DNA from: an uncultured Anaplasmataceae bacterium
GTDB taxonomy: Bacteria; Pseudomonadota; Alphaproteobacteria; Rickettsiales; CAIPFW01
Assembly (NCBI GenBank): GCA_903864455.1
Contig: CAIPFW010000233.1
Span: 1 to 34,713, forward strand
DNA length: 34,713 nucleotides
Direction: 5' to 3'
Both the position numbers and the translations under genes were made by a program. Below, one piece after another: positions 1 through 8,770 of the stretch. The notes beneath the pieces were generated by a model. The model did no database searches and was not told the DNA's origin. It saw nothing but the letters and a program-made list of their open reading frames with translations. The stretch's first letter is position 1. Each line of letters starts with the position of its first letter.

Positions 1-64
1 AAAATAAAAATTAATTTTTAAAATTTTCTCCAATTTTAAAAAAACTATCAAAAAAAATAAAGGT

Positions 65-190
65 ATGGCGAGAAAAAAAAATACAATATGTTTGTTGAAA
101 ATATCAAGATTATTTTTTAAAGATGTTGAGTATTGCACTAAAAATCCAGCGCAAAACAATAGAATTATAGTGAAAAGGAAAAAAAAATAA
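65..190 (+). CDS. small basic ORF (41 aa), possibly a divergent, truncated ribosomal protein L33
   Basis: Hand-translated, below the ORF-track cutoff: MARKKNTICLLKISRLFFKDVEYCTKNPAQNNRIIVKRKKK*. MAxK start, S14, (K)NP at 26-28 and RK at 38-39 are spaced like alphaproteobacterial L33 as I recall it. The YDP...H.xF.E tail is absent. Confidence 0.3.
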   Translation: MARKKNTICLLKISRLFFKDVEYCTKNPAQNNRIIVKRKKK

Positions 191-219
191 CCTTTAAAAT
201 TTTTCATTCTTTCGAAGAG

Positions 220-1050
220 TTAGCCCAAATACTTCATATCGTAATGCTTCGCATTAATCAATCCATAATGATCCATAGCACCTATAATTCCTATTTTTTT
301 ACACAAAATATAAAGATTTTTGAACGTAAATGTTTTTTTGAGAACGAGAAAGATAAGCATGAGATGAGTGTATGTATGATGAAAAACAACCTTATAAAAA
401 TCAAGCACTTGCACTAGTGTCAAATCAAAAAATAAAAAAGCAAAGAGATAGAGAAAAAGCAATGAATATAAAGCGGGGATAATCCCTGCAATAATTCTAT
501 TGATGCTTAATTCTGTATATAAAAACATTCGACTTGTTGGCCAAAATTCCATTACATCAAAAAATCGTAAAATAAAATATGGTCCGAGAAGAGTTAAAAT
601 TGTAAAAAGCACTTTAAGGACGAACGGATTGCAAATGAAAACAACCTGACATAAATGACTCGTTATACCATCAATTATCGAAGCTATGTGAACGATTGCA
701 GGGACAGACATCGCGAAAAAGAACGATTGAGCGATAAAAGAATCGATTACTATGCTTTCATTTTTGGCGAATGGATGCGATTTGCGAAAAATTGGCACCA
801 TCAAATTTGCGAGAAGGAATCCGTATATCGACTGCAAAAGCAAAATATAGGACATGGCAAGATATGAGTTTTCAAATCCGCATGTGTTGTATATGAGAAT
901 GATTGAGAAAATTACGGAAAATAATGCAGACCAATGACGCCCCCACTCAGGCAAATATCCTATATAAAAAACGGTTGAAATTGGTGCACTTCCAACAATT
1001 GTTCCAAAAAACTGAAAGCTAAAGATTTTTTTCAACCATTTGAACTTCAT
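220..1050 (-). CDS. PgpA-like (phosphatidylglycerophosphatase A family) membrane protein with degenerate motifs
   Basis: Multi-TM protein. STVFYIGYLP..W, IVIDSFIAQ and LRFFDVMEFWP occur in the order of the PgpA blocks (GxGxxP.GTW, IVIDE..G, FRFFDIxKPWP). Purine-rich AGAGGGG upstream, 8 nt after the M16 gene. Confidence 0.6.
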   Translation of the reverse strand: MKFKWLKKIFSFQFFGTIVGSAPISTVFYIGYLPEWGRHWSALFSVIFSIILIYNTCGFENSYLAMSYILLLQSIYGFLLANLMVPIFRKSHPFAKNESIVIDSFIAQSFFFAMSVPAIVHIASIIDGITSHLCQVVFICNPFVLKVLFTILTLLGPYFILRFFDVMEFWPTSRMFLYTELSINRIIAGIIPALYSLLFLYLFAFLFFDLTLVQVLDFYKVVFHHTYTHLMLIFLVLKKTFTFKNLYILCKKIGIIGAMDHYGLINAKHYDMKYLG

Positions 1051-1058
1051 AAACCCCT

Positions 1059-2357
1059 CTAATTATAAATAACAAAAGAAAGATTTTTATCGTCAAGAAA
1101 CTTTTTTGCAACATTTTTGATGTCCTGAGTTGTCAGTTTCTCAACGATTTCTTTGTTTTTTTGATAAAAATCAAATGGCAAATTATTTTTCACTAAAAGC
1201 GCTAAATCGTATAAAGCTTTTCTATTATCTGAAAAATTCATCGCCTGTTTACCATAAAATTTCGTTTTAAGATAATTTAATTCATCTTCTGTCAAACCAT
1301 TATCGCTTACATTCTTAAATATATTATTAATTTCATCAAGTATTTTTTGAATATCATTACTTCCAGTTGCAACACCACCTGTAATATAATTCGCTTTTTC
1401 TAAATTCACTATTATCGTTTTAGCAGAATAAGTGATATTCATCTCCTCACGCAACTTTTTCATTAATTTGCTGTTTAGCCCGCCACCTCCTATATAATCA
1501 TTCAGCAAAGTCATCACAATAAAATCTTTGTCCAACAAATTCGGCATTTTTTGTGCGAAGTGAATGATAGTTTGAGCTTTTTCAACGCCATCTTTGATTT
1601 CCACAGGCTTTGAAAATAAATTTAATTTCACAGGCTCTGGTATTTTTTTATTTGGAGAATCGTCTTTTCCAAAATGCGCTAGATGTTTTTTTAAATTCTC
1701 TTCGATATCTTTTTGTGCCAAATCACCAGATATCACAATATGTGGCGTTGCATTCATTAATTTATAATTTATATAATTTTTTATATCTTCTTCTGATATC
1801 GATAAAACATCATCCTCGCTTAAAATTTTTGCTTCATAAATCTGTCCTTTAAAAAGCTCTTTCAAGAAGCTTTGATTTGCAAGATATTCATAATCTTGCG
1901 CTCCTGCCCGCACTCTAGAAATCATAACATTCTGAGCTAATTGAAAATTTTCGTTTGAAAAATTTGTCTGAAAAAGAGCTTCAAAAATCAAATCGAGAGA
2001 AGTTGAAAAATTTTCTTTCAGTGATTTAATGTATATATATGAGTTATCTTGGTCGCTATAAACATTAAAAGTTGTAGACAAATCTTTCAATTTATTTTGA
2101 AAATCTCGATAAGTATATCGACTTGAACCCATATTCATCATCGATAAAGCGAATGTATTGAGTCCATTCTTATCTTCATATGATTCGCCAGAGTGTTTTA
2201 AAATGACCATCATGTCAATTATTCCGCTATCTTTTCTTTCATAAAAAAAGCAATTTTCTTTGTTAAAATCGCACTTTTTTATATTTTCTAAATAATTCGC
2301 CATTGCATTTTGAGAAAACAAAAAACACATAATAAATAAATAAAAGATTTTTTTCAT
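1059..2357 (-). CDS. M16 family peptidase, non-catalytic subunit, signal peptide
   Basis: M16 fold motifs (GLNTFALSMM in place of HxxEH, IGGGGLNSKL..LREE...TYS), N-terminal signal peptide, ATGA overlap with the upstream catalytic subunit. Confidence 0.85.
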   Translation of the reverse strand: MKKIFYLFIMCFLFSQNAMANYLENIKKCDFNKENCFFYERKDSGIIDMMVILKHSGESYEDKNGLNTFALSMMNMGSSRYTYRDFQNKLKDLSTTFNVYSDQDNSYIYIKSLKENFSTSLDLIFEALFQTNFSNENFQLAQNVMISRVRAGAQDYEYLANQSFLKELFKGQIYEAKILSEDDVLSISEEDIKNYINYKLMNATPHIVISGDLAQKDIEENLKKHLAHFGKDDSPNKKIPEPVKLNLFSKPVEIKDGVEKAQTIIHFAQKMPNLLDKDFIVMTLLNDYIGGGGLNSKLMKKLREEMNITYSAKTIIVNLEKANYITGGVATGSNDIQKILDEINNIFKNVSDNGLTEDELNYLKTKFYGKQAMNFSDNRKALYDLALLVKNNLPFDFYQKNKEIVEKLTTQDIKNVAKKFLDDKNLSFVIYN

Positions 2358-3682
2358 AAGTATTCCTTAGAAAGTATTCCAATGATATGAGGATTTTGTA
2401 TAAAAATCTCATTATAAACTTTTTCAAGATCTGCAATTGTGATAGCATTGACTTGATTTTTTATGTCGCTCACAATTTCTGGATTCAAACCAGAAAGCAT
2501 CACCTGACCATAAATCATCGCTTTGTTTTGCAAATTATCCATTGCGTAAGTATGCTGACCGATGTATAGATTTTTTAATCTAGAAAGCTCTTTTTCAGAA
2601 ACTATCTCCTTTTGATTCTTGAAAAAATCATTCATAAAAACCTGAATTTCTTTTATTTTCGAATCATCGACAGGTGTGATTTTTATCAAAAATGGAGCAT
2701 TGTCGTAACCAAAATTATTATATTCTACTGAAACATGTGAGGCGATTTTTTTTTCTTCAACTAATTTTTTACTCAACATATTATCGCCCGTTTCAACAAT
2801 ATAAGCTAAAAGCTCAGTGGCGAAGCCGTTTGTATTTTTTGACTGAAAGGTTGGAGCCATGGTCAAATAATAATAATTCGATTGTTTGATATCTTTATCT
2901 TTTTCTTCATAGAATAAATTTTTAGTTTTGACGGGCATTTCAGGATTTGTATTTTTATAATAATCCTTCAAATCAATATCATCGTTTTTCAAAACGCTGT
3001 AGTATTTTTCAATTAAAGCTTTGGTTTTTTCAGAGTCAAAATTCCCAACTACGAGCAAAATCGCATTGTTTGGATTGTAGTATTTATAATAAAAATTTCG
3101 AAAATCTTGATTGAGTATCGCATGCAAATCATTCATCGACCCTATCAACGATTGACCATAATAGTCGTTATTATAAAAAATCGCTGATAATTTTTCTAAA
3201 AATTTCTCTTCAGGGACGTTGTCGGTTCTCATTCGACGCTCCTCCTTCACGATTTCTCGCTCTTTATTGATTTCATCGTCATGAAGGACTAAATTTTTCA
3301 TTCTATCGGACTCAAATTTCATCAAATCTTCAAGTAATTCTTTTTTTCCAAATTCGTAATAAAAAGTCAATTCATGACCCGTAGCTGCGTTATATATTGC
3401 GCCATTTTTATCGAAAAAATCTATCAAATCTCCAGTTTCATAATTTTGCGTTGAGCGAAACATCAGATGCTCGAGAAAATGAGCGAGCCCAGCTTTTCCA
3501 TAAAAATCTTGCAAACCACCGACTTTATAAAAAACTGAATGAACGACAAGCTCAGTTTTATTGTCGGGAACGAGTAAAACTTCGAGACCATTTTTTAATT
3601 TAAAATGCTCAAATTGTTCTTTTGAAAAGGCATTCTGCACAAAAATACACAAGAAAAATAATAATAGGATTCGTTTTGGCAT
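2354..3682 (-). CDS. M16 family zinc peptidase, catalytic subunit, signal peptide
   Basis: LKNGLEV, GLAHFLEHLMF (HxxEH), NAAT, EREIVKEERRMR, YYNPNNAILLVVG. Confidence 0.92.
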   Translation of the reverse strand: MPKRILLLFFLCIFVQNAFSKEQFEHFKLKNGLEVLLVPDNKTELVVHSVFYKVGGLQDFYGKAGLAHFLEHLMFRSTQNYETGDLIDFFDKNGAIYNAATGHELTFYYEFGKKELLEDLMKFESDRMKNLVLHDDEINKEREIVKEERRMRTDNVPEEKFLEKLSAIFYNNDYYGQSLIGSMNDLHAILNQDFRNFYYKYYNPNNAILLVVGNFDSEKTKALIEKYYSVLKNDDIDLKDYYKNTNPEMPVKTKNLFYEEKDKDIKQSNYYYLTMAPTFQSKNTNGFATELLAYIVETGDNMLSKKLVEEKKIASHVSVEYNNFGYDNAPFLIKITPVDDSKIKEIQVFMNDFFKNQKEIVSEKELSRLKNLYIGQHTYAMDNLQNKAMIYGQVMLSGLNPEIVSDIKNQVNAITIADLEKVYNEIFIQNPHIIGILSKEYL

Positions 3683-3783
3683 AATTTTGATTCATACTTT
3701 TCCGAAAGTATATCATAAAAAATCGCTTGAAAACTATCGAAGAGGCATTTAAAGTTTTATTTTTTGCCGAATTATCAATTCAG

Positions 3784-4869
3784 TTAATTTTGAGTGAATT
3801 TTTTGCTATTGTAAAGTTTGATTCCACCGTCTAAACTTTGAACTTTTTTGAATCCATTTTCTTTTAAAAATTGAGTCGCAGCAAGACTTCTCACGCCCGC
3901 ATGACAATAAATCACAATATTTTTGTCTTGAAATTTTTCTAATTCTTGCGGATTTTGATATAGCAAATCTAATTGTAACCAAAAATCTCCATCGATGATA
4001 CCATCCATGATCCTTTCTTCCTTCGTTCTCACGTCTACAACGCAGTATTCATAAGGGTTTTTGAGAAAATCATCCATTTTAAGAATGAGCTCTATATCAT
4101 TTTTTGTACAATTCATATTCATCATTTTTACATTTTTAAGAGTTGGATTGTTGCCGCAAAGTTCGCAATTTTCATCCTTATGAAGTTTAAATTTTTTAAT
4201 GGTATTATTCAATGCGTTAAATTGAGTGAGAGTGTTGATTGAATTTTCGCCCCTTTCTAATATGAGCTTAATAATTTCCATTGCTTGCATAGAGCCGATA
4301 ATCCCTGTAACCATGCCAATAATTCCGCCATCAGAGCAGGACTGAGTGTTTGTATTCACGAATGGTTGTATGCATCGAAGGCATAGATTTTCTTTATGAT
4401 TATTCATAAAAGTCATCAATCTCCCTTCAAATTGAAAGACTGAGCCGGAAATCAGAGGTTTTTTTTCGAAAAAACACGCATCATTCAAAAGATATTTTGT
4501 TTGAAAATTATCGCTTGCATCAATTATATAGTCGTATTTTTTGATTAAATGTATGCAATTTTTTTCATTCAATCTCTCATAGTACGAATTTATATTTATA
4601 TTAGAGTTAAATTTTGTTAAATTTTTCGTCGCAATCTCAACTTTATTTTTACTTATATCGCCTTCATTATAAAGAATTTGTCGATGTAGATTTGTCAAAT
4701 TTACAACGTCATCATCCATAATGCCAAGAGTTCCTATTCCGGCTAAAGCAAGCTGTAGAGCTACTGGGCAACCAAGACCTCCTAATCCAACTATCAAAAC
4801 TGATGAATTTTTTATTTTTTTTTGCCCATCAATTTCAATCATTGCGATTTGGCTTTTATATCTTTCCAA
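3784..4869 (-). CDS. moeB: MoeB/ThiF adenylyltransferase fused to C-terminal rhodanese (MoeZ/MoeBR architecture)
   Basis: GLGGLG, D.V.LTNLHRQ, DASDNF, Zn pairs CLRC and CELC, SC..GG cysteine, rhodanese VVDVR..E and YCHAGVRS, LDGGI. TTG start is uncertain. Confidence 0.9.
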   Translation of the reverse strand: MERYKSQIAMIEIDGQKKIKNSSVLIVGLGGLGCPVALQLALAGIGTLGIMDDDVVNLTNLHRQILYNEGDISKNKVEIATKNLTKFNSNININSYYERLNEKNCIHLIKKYDYIIDASDNFQTKYLLNDACFFEKKPLISGSVFQFEGRLMTFMNNHKENLCLRCIQPFVNTNTQSCSDGGIIGMVTGIIGSMQAMEIIKLILERGENSINTLTQFNALNNTIKKFKLHKDENCELCGNNPTLKNVKMMNMNCTKNDIELILKMDDFLKNPYEYCVVDVRTKEERIMDGIIDGDFWLQLDLLYQNPQELEKFQDKNIVIYCHAGVRSLAATQFLKENGFKKVQSLDGGIKLYNSKKFTQN

Positions 4870-4911
4870 GTCTTTTATATAAAATATTTATTGTATTTGT
4901 TATTTATAATT

Positions 4912-4940
4912 TTGACAAGATTGGTTTCAAATTTTAACAT
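4912..4940 (+). promoter_or_regulatory. sigma70-type promoter P1
   Basis: TTGACA (4912-4917), 17 nt spacer, TAACAT (4935-4940). Confidence 0.6.
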
Positions 4941-4947
4941 AAATACA

Positions 4948-4976
4948 TTGACAGAAAATCCGTAAATCGATAAATT
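4948..4976 (+). promoter_or_regulatory. sigma70-type promoter P2
   Basis: TTGACA (4948-4953), 17 nt spacer, TAAATT (4971-4976). Confidence 0.65.
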
Positions 4977-5041
4977 TGCTGAATTTTATAAAAATTTAAA
5001 GAATATTGATGTATTTTTTATAAAAAAAGTGTTTTTACTAG

Positions 5042-5070
5042 TTGACAGAGCTATGAAAATGTTGTAAATT
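5042..5070 (+). promoter_or_regulatory. sigma70-type promoter P3
   Basis: TTGACA (5042-5047), 17 nt spacer, TAAATT (5065-5070), about 60 nt upstream of tRNA-Tyr. Confidence 0.7.
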
Positions 5071-5131
5071 CTCTCAGTGCTAATTATAAAATTAAGATTT
5101 CCTAAAATTCTTAGTTTTGTGTAATAAGTAA

Positions 5132-5214
5132 GGAGAGATGGCCGAGTGGTTAATGGCGGCAGACTGTAAATCTGCTCGTGAGAGCGTACGTAGGTTCGAA
5201 TCCTATTCTCTCCA
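5132..5214 (+). tRNA. tRNA-Tyr(GTA)
   Basis: Acceptor GGAGAGA/TCTCTCC, D arm TGGCCGAGTGG, anticodon arm GCAGA-CTGTAAA-TCTGC (GTA 5166-5168), long variable arm, GGTTCGAATCC. CCA not encoded. Confidence 0.97.
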
Positions 5215-5226
5215 TATAAGAAATAA

Positions 5227-5297
5227 GCGGGTGTAGCTTAGTGGTAAAGCACCAGCCTTCCAAGCTGGCTATGTGAGTTCGATTCTCATCACCCGCT
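5227..5297 (+). tRNA. tRNA-Gly(TCC)
   Basis: Acceptor GCGGGTG/CACCCGC, anticodon arm CCAGC-CTTCCAA-GCTGG (TCC 5259-5261), T loop TTCGATT, U discriminator. CCA not encoded. Confidence 0.97.
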
Positions 5298-5370
5298 CTT
5301 TAATAGCGTATTGATAATTGTAATATTTGTGATATATTGATAGATAATTTTTATTTTATAGGTTTGATAA

Positions 5371-6597
5371 ATGGCTGACAGTAAAACATTTAAGAGGGGA
5401 AAGCCTCACTTGAACGTAGGGACCATTGGTCATGTTGACCATGGTAAAACAACTTTAACTGCCGCAATTACAACTGTTCTTTCTAAGACTGGCGGAGCTA
5501 AAGCGACTAACTATGGTGAAATTGATAAGGCGCCAGAAGAAAAGGCTCGGGGTATTACAATTAACACTGCGCACGTTGAATACGAAACAGCGAAAAGACA
5601 CTATGCTCATATTGACTGTCCAGGTCACGCCGATTATGTGAAAAATATGATTACAGGTGCCGCTCAAATGGATGGTGCAATTCTTGTTGTATCTGCAACT
5701 GATGGACCTATGCCTCAAACTCGTGAGCATATTTTACTTTCTCGTCAGGTTGGAGTTCCTTATATCGTTGTTTACTTAAACAAGTGCGACCAAGTTGATG
5801 ATGAAGATATGTTTGAACTTGTTGAAGACGAGATTCGTTCTTTGTTAACCCAATATGGATTCAATGGAAAGGAAGCAATAATCGTTCGTGGTTCTGCATT
5901 AATGGCTTTGAATGGCGAAGATAATGACAAAGGTTATGGAGTTGCTTCAATTCATAAATTAATGGACGCACTTGACTCTGTGATTCCAGATCCTGTGAGA
6001 AATATTGATTCTCCATTCTTGATGCCAGTTGAAGACGTAATGTCTATTACAGGTCGTGGAACTGTGGTAACTGGAAGAATAGAATCTGGTGTTATCAAGG
6101 TGGGTGATGAGGTTGAGATAGTTGGTTTGAGAGCTGAAAATGCTGTTTTAAAGACTACTGTAACAGGAATCGAAATGTTCAAGAAATTACTTGAGCGTGG
6201 TGAAGCTGGTGATAATGCAGGATTATTATTGCGTGGTACGAAAAAAGAAGAGATAGAGCGCGGTATGGTTCTTGCTAAACCAGGAAGTATTAAAGCTCAC
6301 ACTAAATTTAAAGCTGCAATATACGTTTTGAAATCGGAAGAAGGCGGTAGAAAAACTCCTTTCCATGCAAAATACAAACCACAATTTTACTTCAGAACTA
6401 CTGATGTAACGGGAGATATGGTTGAATTGCGTGACAGTGAGAACAAAGAGACTTTAGAGATGGTGATGCCTGGAGATAACATAAATGCAACTGTGCATTT
6501 AGGTAAAGGTGTCGCTATGGCTGCTGGGTTGCGTTTCGCTATTCGTGAAGGCGGTAGAACGATCGGATCTGGAATGATCGTTGAAGTTATTGCATAG
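5371..6597 (+). CDS. tuf: elongation factor Tu
   Basis: [60 protein letters not shown]. Confidence 0.99.
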   Translation: MADSKTFKRGKPHLNVGTIGHVDHGKTTLTAAITTVLSKTGGAKATNYGEIDKAPEEKARGITINTAHVEYETAKRHYAHIDCPGHADYVKNMITGAAQMDGAILVVSATDGPMPQTREHILLSRQVGVPYIVVYLNKCDQVDDEDMFELVEDEIRSLLTQYGFNGKEAIIVRGSALMALNGEDNDKGYGVASIHKLMDALDSVIPDPVRNIDSPFLMPVEDVMSITGRGTVVTGRIESGVIKVGDEVEIVGLRAENAVLKTTVTGIEMFKKLLERGEAGDNAGLLLRGTKKEEIERGMVLAKPGSIKAHTKFKAAIYVLKSEEGGRKTPFHAKYKPQFYFRTTDVTGDMVELRDSENKETLEMVMPGDNINATVHLGKGVAMAAGLRFAIREGGRTIGSGMIVEVIA

Positions 6598-6608
6598 GTG
6601 TATTTTTT

Positions 6609-6950
6609 ATGAGTATCAAAAATACATCTCCTGTTGTTGCAGGATCTAAAATTGTTGTTAAATTGTTTTCCTATGATCACAATTTAATAAAAAATGCTGT
6701 GTTTGTTATAAGAAATGCTTTGAGTGGTAGCGGTGTTGATATATGCGGACCAATCCCAATACCAACTAGAAAAAAAACTTTTACAGTAAATAGATCCCCA
6801 CACGTAGATAAAAAATCTCGTGAGCATTTCGAGATAAGGACTCATGTTAGAGTCATTGGATTGTTTAATTGTAACAATACTGTGGTTGAGCGCTTGCTCA
6901 AAGTGGCTCTACCAAATGGTGTAGAAATTAAGATTAGATATATTGATTAG
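6609..6950 (+). CDS. rpsJ: 30S ribosomal protein S10
   Basis: [25 protein letters not shown]; operon position. Confidence 0.98.
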   Translation: MSIKNTSPVVAGSKIVVKLFSYDHNLIKNAVFVIRNALSGSGVDICGPIPIPTRKKTFTVNRSPHVDKKSREHFEIRTHVRVIGLFNCNNTVVERLLKVALPNGVEIKIRYID

Positions 6951-6984
6951 TGAATTTATTAATGTTTATTTTGTGTGATTGTTT

Positions 6985-7638
6985 ATGAAAAGGTTTGGTT
7001 TAGTTGCGATAAAAGTTGGTTGCTCTACTTATTTTAAGTCTGATGGCTCGGCTTTTGCAGTTACTATCTTAAAAGTTGCGAACTCTTTTGTTTCATCGTT
7101 GAAAAAAAAAGAAATTGACGGATATAATGGAATTCAAATAGTTTACGATAAAAAGATAGTACGTGAATCTGTAATTTCTAAACCTATTCTTGGAACTTTA
7201 AAAAAGTTGAATCTACCTTTTTTGAGATACTCAAAAGAGTTTGTTTTTGATGATACGAAAATAGATATTAACAACTTAATTATTGGTTCTGAACTATCAG
7301 CATCTATTTTTTCTGGTGTGAAAAAAGTTGATATTACGGGCTGTACTAAAGGAAAGGGGTTCTCTGGTGTTATGAAAAGATATCAGTTTGCTGGTTTGAA
7401 TGCGAGTCACGGTGTATCATTAGCTCATAGAATGCCTGGTTCTACAGGTCAGAGAACAGATCCTGGAAAAGTATTTAAGAATAAAAAAATGGCTGGTAGA
7501 CATGGTATGTACAAAAAAACAATACATGGAATGTCTGTGGTAGCGATTGATGAAGCAAATAATCTGATTGTAGTGAAGGGTTCTGTCCCTGGCTCAATGA
7601 ATGATTTTGTTTGCGTTAGAGAAGTAGCGAAATTTTAA
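6985..7638 (+). CDS. rplC: 50S ribosomal protein L3
   Basis: VDITGCTKGKGFSGVMKR, SHGVSLAHR.PGSTG, PGKVFKNKKMAG, KGSVPG. ATG 6985 preferred over TTG 6979. Confidence 0.97.
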   Translation: MKRFGLVAIKVGCSTYFKSDGSAFAVTILKVANSFVSSLKKKEIDGYNGIQIVYDKKIVRESVISKPILGTLKKLNLPFLRYSKEFVFDDTKIDINNLIIGSELSASIFSGVKKVDITGCTKGKGFSGVMKRYQFAGLNASHGVSLAHRMPGSTGQRTDPGKVFKNKKMAGRHGMYKKTIHGMSVVAIDEANNLIVVKGSVPGSMNDFVCVREVAKF

Positions 7639-7657
7639 GTTTTTTTGATGTAATTTT

Positions 7658-8425
7658 ATGGTTCAGTTAGTTGTAAGAAGTTTCGTCAATTGCGATGAAA
7701 GCCACGGTCATCTTGAGTATCCAGAGCAGTTGTTTTTATTGAGATGTAAGAAAGATGCGTTGCAAATGGTTTATAATACTGATTATGCAATGAAGAATCG
7801 CTCTTTTTCTCATACAAAAGATAGGGGGGAGGTTGAAGGGACTACAAAGAAAATGTATAGGCAGAAGGGAACAGGCGGAGCAAGGCATGGAACTATGAGG
7901 GCTTCTCAGTTTCGTGGTGGCGGTATTACTTTTGGTCCAAAATTCGCCTTAAAAAGAATCAAAATTAATAAAAATTTAAAATTTTTAGCTGTGTTGACTC
8001 TTCTCAATAAGCACATCGAGCGAGGTAGCTTGTTTGTATTTGATGAATTGCATTGTGATTCTTTGAGAACAAAAGAGCTTAATGCAAGACTTTTTGCGTT
8101 TTTTGAAAAGTGCGTTTTTGAAAATCTTTCAGCTATGGAATTAGTTGGTGGGTCAAAAAATCAAAAATACGAATTTTTCTTAAAGAAATCAGGCTGTGTA
8201 TTTGTTGGAGATTTTGATACTGAGAATTTAGAAAAGTCTAAAAATTTCTTACTGGCTTCTAGAAATATTGTTGGTTTGAAGTCTTTGAATGCCGACAGTT
8301 TGAATGTTTCTGATCTGATGAATCACGGCGTAGTTTGTATTGCAAAAAATTCTTTAGTTTATGTAATAGAAAAATTTCAAAACAAATTGCTTCGAGACAA
8401 ACTTTTAAAAGTTAATTTAGGATAA
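7658..8425 (+). CDS. rplD: 50S ribosomal protein L4 (enlarged, 255 aa)
   Basis: TKDRGEV.G..KKMYRQKGTGGARHG, FRGGGITFGP, ASRNI. Confidence 0.96.
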   Translation: MVQLVVRSFVNCDESHGHLEYPEQLFLLRCKKDALQMVYNTDYAMKNRSFSHTKDRGEVEGTTKKMYRQKGTGGARHGTMRASQFRGGGITFGPKFALKRIKINKNLKFLAVLTLLNKHIERGSLFVFDELHCDSLRTKELNARLFAFFEKCVFENLSAMELVGGSKNQKYEFFLKKSGCVFVGDFDTENLEKSKNFLLASRNIVGLKSLNADSLNVSDLMNHGVVCIAKNSLVYVIEKFQNKLLRDKLLKVNLG

Positions 8426-8429
8426 TTGC

Positions 8430-8756
8430 ATGACAAATAAAATTAATGCTTTTTTAATAAAAAAATTGCTTATTACTCAGAAATCTCACGATTTGGAGAG
8501 TAAATTAAATAAACTAACGTTAATTACAGATCATCAAGTCAATAAATTCGATATTATTGCATTTTTTACTACTTTGAGTATTTCGATAAATTTCGTTAAT
8601 TCTATGAATGTAAAAAGCGAAGATAGATTGTTCAGAGGGCGTTCTGGAAAGACGAAATCTTGTAAAAAATTTATCATTACTTTTGGAAAAGGTGAGAATG
8701 TCTCTAAGATAATTGACAGCATTGTGAGTTTGCAGTTGTCTGCGAATAAAGTTTAG
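8430..8756 (+). CDS. rplW: 50S ribosomal protein L23
   Basis: LITQKS, NK..I, VNSMNVK, FRGRSG...KKFIIT; lies between rplD and rplB. Confidence 0.9.
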   Translation: MTNKINAFLIKKLLITQKSHDLESKLNKLTLITDHQVNKFDIIAFFTTLSISINFVNSMNVKSEDRLFRGRSGKTKSCKKFIITFGKGENVSKIIDSIVSLQLSANKV

Positions 8757-8770
8757 TTTTTGTTTCTTGT

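Noticed and set aside
179..222. Extending the L33-like ORF by slippage at A9 (gives KITFKIFHSFEEL, with F.E at L33-like positions)
   Set aside because: That frame runs on for about 65 more codons antisense to the PgpA-like gene without a timely stop; the match is probably chance.
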